Part shown: in pieces, positions 21,290 to 30,695 of the stretch
How the letters are laid out: each line of letters opens with the position of its first letter
Numbering within the stretch: the first letter of the stretch is position 1
Source of the DNA: an uncultured Candidatus Saccharibacteria bacterium
GTDB taxonomy: Bacteria; Patescibacteriota; Minisyncoccia; Phycocordibacterales; CSBR16-119
Assembly: GCA_964426385.1 (NCBI GenBank)
Contig: CAYRQF010000003.1
Coordinates: forward strand, 22,938 to 86,937
DNA: 64,000 bases
Direction: 5' to 3'
Position numbers and translations under genes: made by a program
Notes under the pieces: model-generated
What the model saw: the letters and a program-made list of their open reading frames with translations, nothing else
What the model was told of the DNA's origin: nothing
Databases searched by the model: none

Positions 21290-22149
21290 AAAGGGACTTT
21301 TATCAAAAATACTCTCTGATATTTCTGCTCATTCTCACGAATCTTTTTATCTGGTCATATCATATAGAGAACCGAGGACGTGATCTTCTAAAAGTATATT
21401 TTCTAGATGTTGGGCAGGGGGACTCTATACTAATCGAGGCACCAAACGGTAGACAGCTACTTATCGACGGGGGACGAGACAGTTCTGTTCTAAATGAGCT
21501 CGGACGAGTTATGGGGTTCTTCGACCGCTCCATCGATATCGTCCTCGCGACGCATCCTGATGCCGACCATGTGACGGGACTTCCACTTGTTCTAGACAGA
21601 TATAGAGTCGAGACGTTCATCGACTCTATCGCAGAAGCCGAATCACTCCCGTACACGGCACTCCAGCAGAAGGCGCGAGGAGAAGGTGCCGAGTACTATG
21701 TCGGTTTTCGGGGGATGGTTATCACTCTCGATGAGGAAGCTGGCGTATATCTCCATGTTCTATATCCATATGATGACGAATTTCGATTTACTGACACGAA
21801 CGATCTCTCGATTATTACTAAACTTGTTTATGGTGACACTAGCTTTATGCTGACAGGCGATGCGCCGAAGATTGTTGAAACGATGCTCACGACGACGGAT
21901 GGGGAATACCTTAAAAGTTCTGTTCTCAAAGCTGGACACCATGGCTCTAATACTTCGAGCGGAACCTCGTTCGTCGAGATGGTAGACCCGGAATATGTCG
22001 TTATCTCTGCTGGACGAGATAACAGCTACGGTCATCCGCACCCAGAGGTTATAGAGACTTTCGAGGAACAGGGCGCCGAGATCCACAGCACTATCGAAGA
22101 GGGAACGATAGAATTTAGAAGTAACGGATTTGATGTTTGGGTAAAGTAA
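21286..22149 (+). CDS. ComEC-associated metallo-beta-lactamase-fold nuclease (split ComEC)
   Basis: FLDVGQGDS, THPDADH, LKAGHHGS, NSYGHPH; ATGA overlap with comEC. Confidence 0.93.
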   Translation: MKRDFYQKYSLIFLLILTNLFIWSYHIENRGRDLLKVYFLDVGQGDSILIEAPNGRQLLIDGGRDSSVLNELGRVMGFFDRSIDIVLATHPDADHVTGLPLVLDRYRVETFIDSIAEAESLPYTALQQKARGEGAEYYVGFRGMVITLDEEAGVYLHVLYPYDDEFRFTDTNDLSIITKLVYGDTSFMLTGDAPKIVETMLTTTDGEYLKSSVLKAGHHGSNTSSGTSFVEMVDPEYVVISAGRDNSYGHPHPEVIETFEEQGAEIHSTIEEGTIEFRSNGFDVWVK

Positions 22150-22174
22150 AAACCCTCGTTTGAGGGCTTTTACT

Positions 22175-22417
22175 TTAGATGACTCCAGCTTTCTTTAGTG
22201 TAACGTAGGCTCCGCGTTTGTTGATGGTTTTGATGCCTTTGGTCGAGAGTGACATGCGGATCGATCGGTTGAGTTCAGGGATGAAGATCGTCTTCTTCTG
22301 CATGTTCGGCTTCTGGCGGCGGCTACCGCAGGGGTTGAACTGAGTAGCACGAACACGGTTCGAGTAGGACCCGGCGACATTTACGCGTTTATTGGTTATT
22401 GGACATGTATTAGCCAT
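22175..22417 (-). CDS. rpmB: 50S ribosomal protein L28
   Basis: CPITNK...RRQKPNMQKK...LSTKGIKTI. Confidence 0.85.
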   Translation of the reverse strand: MANTCPITNKRVNVAGSYSNRVRATQFNPCGSRRQKPNMQKKTIFIPELNRSIRMSLSTKGIKTINKRGAYVTLKKAGVI

Positions 22418-22449
22418 TGCCGACATATGCTAACATAGGGCTTATAACT

Positions 22450-23076
22450 ATGCAAGAAATCAATTCCATATTCTACATATTAGTCTTGATCATGTCTGTT
22501 GTGATCCATGAGATAGCTCATGGGTACGCGGCCCTGCACTACGGTGACCATACAGCCGAATATCAGGGTAGGCTTACCCTTAACCCCATAAAACACCTTG
22601 ATTTATATGGGTCAGTCCTCCTCCCGATAATCCTAATTGTCACAAATGCGCCATTCCTGATCGGCTGGGCTAAGCCTGTTCCCTATAATCCAGATAATTT
22701 CAAGCCCGAGGAGCGACGGGTAGCAAGTATCTGGGTAGCCTCAGCGGGTATATTGGCGAATCTCGCAATTGTTGCTTTTTTCTCGGTAGTAATAAGGCTT
22801 TCGAACGTACTTACGTTTATCCCAGAATCCTTCATTCCACTTGCTGGGGTGATAGTGCTACTCAATATTGTTCTTGCCATGTTTAACCTTATTCCGATCC
22901 CGCCTCTTGATGGGTCCAAAATTCTTTTTGGCCTACTTGGTTACAAAGCACATCGCTTTGAGAGGTTTTTCGAGAAGTATTCCATCCTTATTCTGCTATT
23001 TTTCGTGTTTTTTATCTGGCAGTTCATCACACCGGTAGTTTATTCGTTGTTCAGCATTTTGACGGGGCTTTCGTAG
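22450..23076 (+). CDS. Site-2 protease (M50) family protein
   Basis: HEIAHG and NLIPIPPLDG motifs. Confidence 0.95.
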   Translation: MQEINSIFYILVLIMSVVIHEIAHGYAALHYGDHTAEYQGRLTLNPIKHLDLYGSVLLPIILIVTNAPFLIGWAKPVPYNPDNFKPEERRVASIWVASAGILANLAIVAFFSVVIRLSNVLTFIPESFIPLAGVIVLLNIVLAMFNLIPIPPLDGSKILFGLLGYKAHRFERFFEKYSILILLFFVFFIWQFITPVVYSLFSILTGLS

Positions 23077-23094
23077 TATAATGTGGTAGCAAAT

Positions 23095-26000
23095 ATGTGT
23101 CTTTCATCGCGAATAATAAAAAAAAGCATCGCTTTATTTTCCTTGATTATATTAGGCTTTTTCTTTGCTTGTACTGCTGACGCAGCAACAATTACGGTAA
23201 ACAATGGTACGTCGACCGTGGCAGTCGATGCTTCGTGCTCAATTCGTGAAGCGATAGAGAATGCAAATGATAACGCAGCTACGAATGTGGATTGTACGGC
23301 AGGTTCAGGGACAGACACTCTCGATATACAAACAGATATAGCGCTAACGCTACTTGATCACTCAGGAGTTTCTTCAGATTTTGCAGTTCCTTCGATAATG
23401 GAACCAGTAGTTATACAGGGTAATGGTCATAGCATCGCTCGTTCTGGAGTTACTAGTTTTGGTTTTGCAGACTTTTCAACCACGGTATCTTTGTCTGATA
23501 TTACTATGAGTAACTTTTCTCAGAATGTTTTTGAGGGAGATGGACCACTTACTATTGAAAATTCTACTTTTTCTGAGAACGCTGACTCTGTCGCATATAC
23601 TAATTTCGGTGGTAGTGCGCATCCTTGGGTCATAACAGACTCAGTGTTTACAAACAATAGCAGTACTGATCATGGGGTAATAACCAAAGAGGATGGTGGA
23701 ACTTTGACTATTTCAGGCACTATTTTTTCCGATAATACAAATTACGGTACGTTTGATGGAAGTGCGGTGAGATATTTAAATGGCAATTCCTCGGAAGTCG
23801 TATCTATATCAGACAGCGTGTTCGAGAATAATGTTTATACTGTAGGTGGATGCGGTGCGTTTGGTGTTTCCGCTTCTCAAGATGTAAACATCGAGATAGA
23901 TAATACTGTTTTTGATTCGAACATATCAGAAGCTTGCGGAGGAGGGGTGTCTGTTGAATCAGGATTTGCTTTTGCAACTATCTCGCTTGATATTACAAAC
24001 TCTCTTTTTAAGAATAATGTTGCCCGCGGAACAGGTATTTCTGCAAAAAGCGGGGGAGCTATGTACGTTCAGAATGGGATGAACCTAACACTTACGAACA
24101 ATACTTTTTTCGGTAATTCTTCGCAGGTGAATGGAGGGGCCATCCAGATTCACAATGAGGCAGGAGTGATTGCTATCGAAGCAAAACACAATACTTTCTA
24201 TGGCAATTCTTCTGCGGATGGTGATGGTAATGACATTTACATAGAAACAGGAGCAGGTGATACTTCAGTTTTTGAGAATAATATTTTTGCTAGTGGAGGT
24301 GATGAGTGTGGGGGTGATCTTAGTAGTTTCACTTTTACGAACAATCTTTCGAGTGATGTAGACTGTGGCGGGACCCCGGCTACGTCTTTGGCTAGTGCGC
24401 TTGCTATGAACGGGGCAGGGATAGAGACACTCGCACTTCTAGCAGGAAGTAACGCAATTAATACTGGAATTGCGGGAACTTTAGGGTGTCCAGCAACAGA
24501 TGCTCGAGGTACGGCTAGACCTTCGGGTGTTGCTTGCGATATCGGAGCGTTTGAATTTGTGAACTCTGCTCCCACAGATATTTCCATATCAAATTCTTCT
24601 ATAGAGGAAGGTCAGGAGGTGGGTAATGCTATCGGAGGCCTTGATACTGTTGATGCAGACACTGGTGATACTCATACATATACTATAGCGTGCACCGTCC
24701 CGGGCGCTGATGATGGATCTTTTAGTATCTCAGGGGATTCACTCCGAAGTGACGAAGTGTTTAATCATGAAGTAAAAAGTTCATACATAGTTTGCATACG
24801 AACGACAGATAGTTTTGGTGGGACCTACGATGAGATATTTACTATAACCATAGATCAGGCAGACACATCCTCGAGCGGTAGCAGTTCTGGTCCATCCACA
24901 CCAACACCTCCTGTGCAACCAGTCGTACCAGTAACCCCAATTATTCCAGTCTCTCCTTTGCCCGAGATTCCAGCACCGGTACCAGGCCCTATTTTAGAAA
25001 CTCCAGAAACACCATCTCCGACTCCTGAGACACAGGACGAAACCCCAACAGATGATAATCCTGGGCAAGACCCCTCTCCGAGCTTTCCAGGCGGTGATAG
25101 TGAATCAGATGCGAGTCCTCAAGGCTCGAGTGATGTGATCAGGGATATCGGGGGAGTTCTCGGGGCGGCAATAGAAGAGATTCCGACCAATGTCACGGAC
25201 ACTATCGCAGTAGCTGGCGTAGCGCTACCGGCAATAGTATTCGCACTGAGCCAGCCTGCCGTCGTTGTTAATGTGGTATCTATCCCAATACGATTGTTTA
25301 ATCTAATCCCTGTTTGGCTAGGACTACGTCGCAAGAAGCGACCTTGGGGAACGGTCTATGATTCTGTGACCAAACAACCTCTTGATCCTGTTTATGTAGT
25401 ATTAAAGGATTTGCGTGGAAGAGAAGTCGCCACAACGATAACTGATATAGATGGGCGATTCGGATTCTTGGTTCCAGCGGGTAAATACAATATATCTGTT
25501 AAAAAGGATAATTACGAGTTTCCGTCAAAGAAACTTTCAAACAACTCCAAAGATGAACTTTATGAGAATCTCTATTTTGGAGAGCCTGTAGAAATATCTG
25601 GACAAGAAGATTTACTCATAAAGAATATACCGATGGATGCTACGAATTTTAACTGGAACGAGTTTGAGAAATCTCAGAATAAGTCCCTAATGAAGTTCTA
25701 CTCCAAGAGTGAGCTATTTATCGCTCGTTTCGCCAGTGTGTTATTTTGGGCAGGCCTCGTCGTTTCGATAGTTCTATTGTTTGGCGACCCGACGACACTA
25801 AACTACGTATTATTCGGGGTATATGCCGTTGTCATGATTCTGAGGGTGCTAGGTGTGAGACCAAAGAAGCCGGGTTATGTAACGGAGCAATCGACAGGAT
25901 ACCCTCTATCCTTTGGTGTTATCAAAGTATATTCAGAATCGACCGATACTGAGATCGCTCATAGTGTTATAAGTAAAACCGGTAAATACTACGTTTTGGT

Positions 26001-26124
26001 TCCTAAGGGAAGATATTACGTATCTATACTTAAAAAAGTCGGAGAAGACGAGTACTCAAACGTTTTCAGGTCAGAAAGTATGTTGGTAAAGAGGGGATAT
26101 ATCGCAGACAATCTAAGCGTCTAG
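23095..26124 (+). CDS. Secreted/membrane-anchored CSLREA-type protein with polymorphic beta-helix repeats, cadherin-like domain, Pro-rich linker and C-terminal TM region (start uncertain)
   Basis: CSIREAI motif, GGA..F..N repeats, CDIGAFE, NSAPTDI cadherin start, WGTVYDSVTKQPLD. Confidence 0.8.
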   Translation: MCLSSRIIKKSIALFSLIILGFFFACTADAATITVNNGTSTVAVDASCSIREAIENANDNAATNVDCTAGSGTDTLDIQTDIALTLLDHSGVSSDFAVPSIMEPVVIQGNGHSIARSGVTSFGFADFSTTVSLSDITMSNFSQNVFEGDGPLTIENSTFSENADSVAYTNFGGSAHPWVITDSVFTNNSSTDHGVITKEDGGTLTISGTIFSDNTNYGTFDGSAVRYLNGNSSEVVSISDSVFENNVYTVGGCGAFGVSASQDVNIEIDNTVFDSNISEACGGGVSVESGFAFATISLDITNSLFKNNVARGTGISAKSGGAMYVQNGMNLTLTNNTFFGNSSQVNGGAIQIHNEAGVIAIEAKHNTFYGNSSADGDGNDIYIETGAGDTSVFENNIFASGGDECGGDLSSFTFTNNLSSDVDCGGTPATSLASALAMNGAGIETLALLAGSNAINTGIAGTLGCPATDARGTARPSGVACDIGAFEFVNSAPTDISISNSSIEEGQEVGNAIGGLDTVDADTGDTHTYTIACTVPGADDGSFSISGDSLRSDEVFNHEVKSSYIVCIRTTDSFGGTYDEIFTITIDQADTSSSGSSSGPSTPTPPVQPVVPVTPIIPVSPLPEIPAPVPGPILETPETPSPTPETQDETPTDDNPGQDPSPSFPGGDSESDASPQGSSDVIRDIGGVLGAAIEEIPTNVTDTIAVAGVALPAIVFALSQPAVVVNVVSIPIRLFNLIPVWLGLRRKKRPWGTVYDSVTKQPLDPVYVVLKDLRGREVATTITDIDGRFGFLVPAGKYNISVKKDNYEFPSKKLSNNSKDELYENLYFGEPVEISGQEDLLIKNIPMDATNFNWNEFEKSQNKSLMKFYSKSELFIARFASVLFWAGLVVSIVLLFGDPTTLNYVLFGVYAVVMILRVLGVRPKKPGYVTEQSTGYPLSFGVIKVYSESTDTEIAHSVISKTGKYYVLVPKGRYYVSILKKVGEDEYSNVFRSESMLVKRGYIADNLSV

Positions 26125-26166
26125 TTACTGTTGACACTGGGCAATAAATAATGCATAATACGGCAT

Positions 26167-27690
26167 ATGAAAATTAGTAAGTTTCTATTTCGCATACTGA
26201 TTGTGTCTTTGGGGCTCTATATGGCCCCATCTGTCTGGGCTGCCGATATTTCGACGGGGGAATATTGCTCATTGGCGGACGCTATCCTTTCAGCAGAGTC
26301 TGACACCGCAATCTCTGGCTGTAGTAGTGGGCAGGGGGCAGATACCATCAGGCTAAGTCAGGATGAAAACATCACCTCGATTCCTCCAGGAGACTTCCCA
26401 GATGGTCAGAATGCTTTCAAGACCATTACTTCAACCATTAGCATACTCGGTTATAACCACACTGTAAGTTTCCAGAATAATACTGCTATCTCCGGGAGAG
26501 TGTTCAACGTTATTGCGGGTGGGAATCTAACTATTTCTGACGTCTTTTTCACAGACTTAAACTCGACTGCAGCATCTATGGAAAACGGTGGATTTATTTT
26601 TGCAGAGGATAGCCGGGTCAAACTGACCAATGTTTCGATTGATGGTTTCCGCGCTACATCATTTGGTGGTGCGATATATTCGGCGAATTCTTCGATTGAT
26701 CTCGTTAAAACAACATTATCTGGTAACCAGATAACATCAGATGGATTTATACTTGGTGGAGGTGCAATATTTCTAGATGCAGGAAGTTTGAAGATTCAAA
26801 ACTCGAAATTTATCGGCAATATTTCTGGTGGGCAGGGTGGAGCGATATTAAATATTGCAGGTTTCGAAGACTTCATAATCTCGCGTTCATTATTTGCCGA
26901 CAACGTGGCAGATTACGGTTCTGCGATAAGCGCTGGCTCAGCGTCATTTAATGATTCGTTGGCTATCGACCGGACTCAGTTTGAGAATAATACTTCAAAT
27001 AACGGGGGAGCGTTCGTTTGGCGTGGAGCAAGTGGAAATATATCTATCTCGAGTTCAACGTTTACTAAAAATCATGGCTTGTCCAGCGCTGCGGCCTTTC
27101 AGAATGATGGAAGTAATAACTTTGTTGCGATTATCAATTCGACCTTCTCACAAAATATTTCAGCCGGAGCTGGTTCGGCAATACTTAATATTGGTAACAA
27201 CAACCAGTTCAGAATCGCCTACGATACTTTTATAAAAAATACCGCCGGTGTCGGGGGTAGGACTTTTAGAAGTTTTTCAATAGAACCTTGGAATAATTCT
27301 GTTTTAGAAAATAGTATTTTTGATAAAAACATTGGTGGAGACTGCGGATTTGTGTCAGTGACCAACTTCACAAAGACCAATAATCTGTCTGGGGATGCGA
27401 CGTGTGGTGATCTCGTCGCTACCAACATATCTATGAATTCGGCATTAAACGGGGGAGTGGTTTTGAATAATGCGCTTCTCGCGGGAAGTAATGCCATAGA
27501 CAAAGCCGTAACCGACGTATCTCTGGTCAGAGTTCCGTGTCCTGGTCTGGATCAAAGAGGGGTTATGAGACCACTAGACGGTAATGCAGATGGATTCGTT
27601 AAATGCGACATTGGAGCTTTTGAGTATAAGCCTAAACATACGACCCTTGTGAGTACGGTGAAAAATAGCCTAAAAACCCAAGTAAAATAA
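26167..27690 (+). CDS. Secreted CSLREA-like / choice-of-anchor-Q-type beta-helix protein
   Basis: Signal peptide, CSLADAI, GGAI repeats, DQRG...CDIGAFE. Confidence 0.8.
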   Translation: MKISKFLFRILIVSLGLYMAPSVWAADISTGEYCSLADAILSAESDTAISGCSSGQGADTIRLSQDENITSIPPGDFPDGQNAFKTITSTISILGYNHTVSFQNNTAISGRVFNVIAGGNLTISDVFFTDLNSTAASMENGGFIFAEDSRVKLTNVSIDGFRATSFGGAIYSANSSIDLVKTTLSGNQITSDGFILGGGAIFLDAGSLKIQNSKFIGNISGGQGGAILNIAGFEDFIISRSLFADNVADYGSAISAGSASFNDSLAIDRTQFENNTSNNGGAFVWRGASGNISISSSTFTKNHGLSSAAAFQNDGSNNFVAIINSTFSQNISAGAGSAILNIGNNNQFRIAYDTFIKNTAGVGGRTFRSFSIEPWNNSVLENSIFDKNIGGDCGFVSVTNFTKTNNLSGDATCGDLVATNISMNSALNGGVVLNNALLAGSNAIDKAVTDVSLVRVPCPGLDQRGVMRPLDGNADGFVKCDIGAFEYKPKHTTLVSTVKNSLKTQVK

Positions 27691-27714
27691 GAACTTTTGT
27701 CACTGTGGATAAGC

Positions 27715-27743
27715 TTGACTTTTAGGCCAATAAATGGTATAAA
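27715..27743 (+). promoter_or_regulatory. sigma70-type promoter
   Basis: TTGACT-17 nt-TATAAA. Confidence 0.7.
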
Positions 27744-27810
27744 GGAAGTCACACCTGTAGTACCTTGAAAAAGGTCACGAAAATTAAACCAACCAAACCT
27801 AAAACGGAAC

Positions 27811-29583
27811 ATGAAGAACTTGCTTTACCTTACCGGTTTTGCGTTTTTTGCCATCACGGCATCGGCGCAAGAGTACAAGATCGAACCGGGGGTGGGCGAG
27901 ACTATCTCTCCGCTTTCTGGTTCGTATGTCGGTGGAAACAGCTATGTCATCTCTGGCTCTGTGTATCAGGGCTATGACGCTGGCATGGTCTATCGCACCA
28001 ACGCCACCTCTCTCGCATGGGCGAAGAAGGTCTTCGCACTGTCTGAAATTCAAGGCCAAACTATCACCGGTAACGGTGATGTGGTCGCAGTAGGGCAGGC
28101 GAATGGTGACGCACTCATCGTACGTTTGAGTCAGACTGGAGCTACCCTTTGGGCGAAAACCATCGGGAACAGTGCATCCATCGAGCTCATGCGTGGCGTT
28201 GTGGAAGACGCCGCTGGCAACCTTATCGTTGTCGGCGGTATCCGAGACAATACTACAAACGACGAGAATGAATTGGTCATCAAGTTCGACCAGGACGGTA
28301 ACCTGTTGTGGTCTCGCGAGGTCCTGCCGCCATTCGGTAGCATTGACCCAGCGAATCACTTCAACAAGGTGGTCATCCAGAACGATACGATCTTCGCTTT
28401 CGGCACACGGCTTCACAGTCTGAGTCCGGCGGATATATCGATCGGGAAGTTCTCAAGCGATGGAAACTACTCCGAGTTCTACACGGCAGGAAGCATTAGT
28501 AGTGAAATATTCTGCGATGTGACGATGTCCGGACAGGACTTTGTTATATCGTACCTCATGGGGAGTTACACCGGTCTAATCCGGCTCGACCCGAATCTTT
28601 CGATGCTCGCTTCGGTCCAGCTAACACCGACTCTCGGTGTTGGAACCCTCGGTATGAGCGGAGGAATAGTGTCCTGTGGCAGCAACTTCATCATCTGTGG
28701 TGATCGGGTTGTCGTAGGATCAAACTCCTTCGTTGCTGCGGTTGATCAGAACTTCTCGCCCCAATGGGCTGAGATCGTCGAAGCCAATGCTAGTGCAACG
28801 GTCAAGCCGATCGTAGGCTCGATGGGACAAGTGATGATCGTTGGAGCCTCGCAGGTGAACTTTGGAGCGGTGATGTCGGTGGTAGATGGTGCAACTGGGT
28901 TTCCTGTCATGGGATCCTGCGAACCACCACAAACTTTCGGCATCACCAAGACTTCGAATTTCCTCTACAGCGTTGAAATCATTCGCTCGGTCGTACCAGT
29001 TAACTTTGCTAACGTTGGCACTGTTACACTGGTTCCGTATCAGCCTGGTTTCGACCTGTGTGGAGTAACCACCCTTCCGATACATCTCCTGTCGTTCACG
29101 GCGAAAGCTGTTGGACACGATGTGTTGCTCGAGTGGAGCACGGCAACGGAACAGAACAATGATCATTACACGATCGAGAAATCGCGCGATGGTCAGAGTT
29201 TTGAAGAAGTTGTCCGTGTGAATGGCGCTGGCAACAGTGTTAGTACTCAGAGCTACGACGCCGTAGATCATCATCCTTATACAGGGGAGAGCTACTACCG
29301 GTTGAAGCAGACCGATACTGACGGAGCATATACTTACTCCGACCTAGTGCCGGTTACTGTGGATGCTCCAGTGGAGCTCGTGGTTTGGCCGAATCCTATC
29401 GGGAACGGCCAAGTGCTCAGTCTACCGCCTGATGCTGGTGGATATGAACTCCGAGACGTAACAGGGAGGTTGGTAAGTGTCGTTCATGGTACGACTTTGA
29501 TGAGCGGTCTGTCTTCTGGACAGTACACCGTTCGATCGATATCGAACCCCGAGCTTCACACCCAACTACTCGTGACCTTCTAG
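27811..29583 (+). CDS. Bacteroidota-type secreted protein with T9SS type A sorting-like C-terminal domain
   Basis: Signal peptide ending ASA-Q; beta-propeller-like W-x-K repeats; LPIHLLSFTA..LEWSTATEQNNDHYTIEKS..YYRLKQTDTDG; VWPNP..DVTGR..LSSGQY. Confidence 0.85.
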   Translation: MKNLLYLTGFAFFAITASAQEYKIEPGVGETISPLSGSYVGGNSYVISGSVYQGYDAGMVYRTNATSLAWAKKVFALSEIQGQTITGNGDVVAVGQANGDALIVRLSQTGATLWAKTIGNSASIELMRGVVEDAAGNLIVVGGIRDNTTNDENELVIKFDQDGNLLWSREVLPPFGSIDPANHFNKVVIQNDTIFAFGTRLHSLSPADISIGKFSSDGNYSEFYTAGSISSEIFCDVTMSGQDFVISYLMGSYTGLIRLDPNLSMLASVQLTPTLGVGTLGMSGGIVSCGSNFIICGDRVVVGSNSFVAAVDQNFSPQWAEIVEANASATVKPIVGSMGQVMIVGASQVNFGAVMSVVDGATGFPVMGSCEPPQTFGITKTSNFLYSVEIIRSVVPVNFANVGTVTLVPYQPGFDLCGVTTLPIHLLSFTAKAVGHDVLLEWSTATEQNNDHYTIEKSRDGQSFEEVVRVNGAGNSVSTQSYDAVDHHPYTGESYYRLKQTDTDGAYTYSDLVPVTVDAPVELVVWPNPIGNGQVLSLPPDAGGYELRDVTGRLVSVVHGTTLMSGLSSGQYTVRSISNPELHTQLLVTF

Positions 29584-29728
29584 CGCTTACTCCTTCAAGA
29601 CGAACCCGTCTTGAATAGGGGAACCCCGGCTTTGGCCGGGGTTTTTCGTTTATAGGTGTGGGGGCTTGCATTCTAAAGGCCACCATAGTAAAGTATTGCC
29701 ACTAGTCTTTTCTGGACTATTTTTTTAA

Positions 29729-30145
29729 ATGGCGACGATAAATCAACTAATCAAAAAACCGCGAAAGAAGATGGTGAGGAAGTCAAAAACCCTCGCTCTT
29801 ACTCGTGGCTTCAACTCGATCACTAACCGACCAACATCATATAATTCGCCTTTCAAGAGAGGGGTTTGTACGAAGGTCTCTACAACAACTCCAAAGAAGC
29901 CTAACTCAGCCCTCCGTAAAATCGCCCGAGTACGCCTAACTAACGGTATGGAAGTCACCGCATACATCCCAGGTGAGGGACATAACCTCCAGGAACACTC
30001 CGTCGTTATGCTACGATCCGGTCGTGTAAAGGACCTCATCGGGGTTCGATATACTGTGGTCCGCGGAGTTCTCGATGCTCAGGGTGTAGAGAAACGTCGC
30101 AACGCTCGCAGTAAATACGGTAACAAGAAACCAAAAGCTAAATAA
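29729..30145 (+). CDS. rpsL: 30S ribosomal protein S12
   Basis: [17 protein letters not shown]. Confidence 0.99.
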   Translation: MATINQLIKKPRKKMVRKSKTLALTRGFNSITNRPTSYNSPFKRGVCTKVSTTTPKKPNSALRKIARVRLTNGMEVTAYIPGEGHNLQEHSVVMLRSGRVKDLIGVRYTVVRGVLDAQGVEKRRNARSKYGNKKPKAK

Positions 30146-30147
30146 AT

Positions 30148-30618
30148 ATGAGACGAAAAGTAAAAAATCGAAATCAGGTCATGCCAGACAAGGTGTATAA
30201 CTCCGAGAAACTTTCTCGCTTCATGAACTATGTCATGTTGGATGGCAAGAGGATCACTGCTCAGAAGGTGGTCTACAAGTGCCTCGAGAACCTAAAAGAG
30301 AAGAGTGGTAATCCTAACCCTCTCGAGATATTTGACCTATCTCTCAAGAACGCATCTCCAAACATGGAGGTCCGATCACGCCGAGTTGGAGGAGCTAACT
30401 ACCAGGTTCCAAGAGAAGTTCGCGCCGAGCGCCGACTACAGCTCGCTATGCGCTGGATAATTACAGCTGCTCGCGACCGAAAGGGCGTCCCTATGGACAA
30501 GGCTCTAACTGAAGAGCTAATGGCTGCCTACAACAATGAAGGCTTCGCTATCAAGAAGCGTGATGATACTCACAAGATGGCCGAGGCCAACAAGGCGTTC
30601 GCTCACTTCGCTTGGTAA
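30148..30618 (+). CDS. rpsG: 30S ribosomal protein S7
   Basis: RRVGGANYQVP, HKMAEANKAFAHF. Confidence 0.99.
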   Translation: MRRKVKNRNQVMPDKVYNSEKLSRFMNYVMLDGKRITAQKVVYKCLENLKEKSGNPNPLEIFDLSLKNASPNMEVRSRRVGGANYQVPREVRAERRLQLAMRWIITAARDRKGVPMDKALTEELMAAYNNEGFAIKKRDDTHKMAEANKAFAHFAW

Positions 30619-30695
30619 TTTTTGCTAGCGCAAAAATCATCTAACGATTTGTCCCGGGGTTTAAGTTTATTTTTAATAATTAGATAATTTTTTAT

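Noticed and set aside
27704-27712. DnaA box TGTGGATAA as a replication origin
   Set aside because: A single box with no cluster, no AT-rich unwinding element and no dnaA/dnaN nearby.
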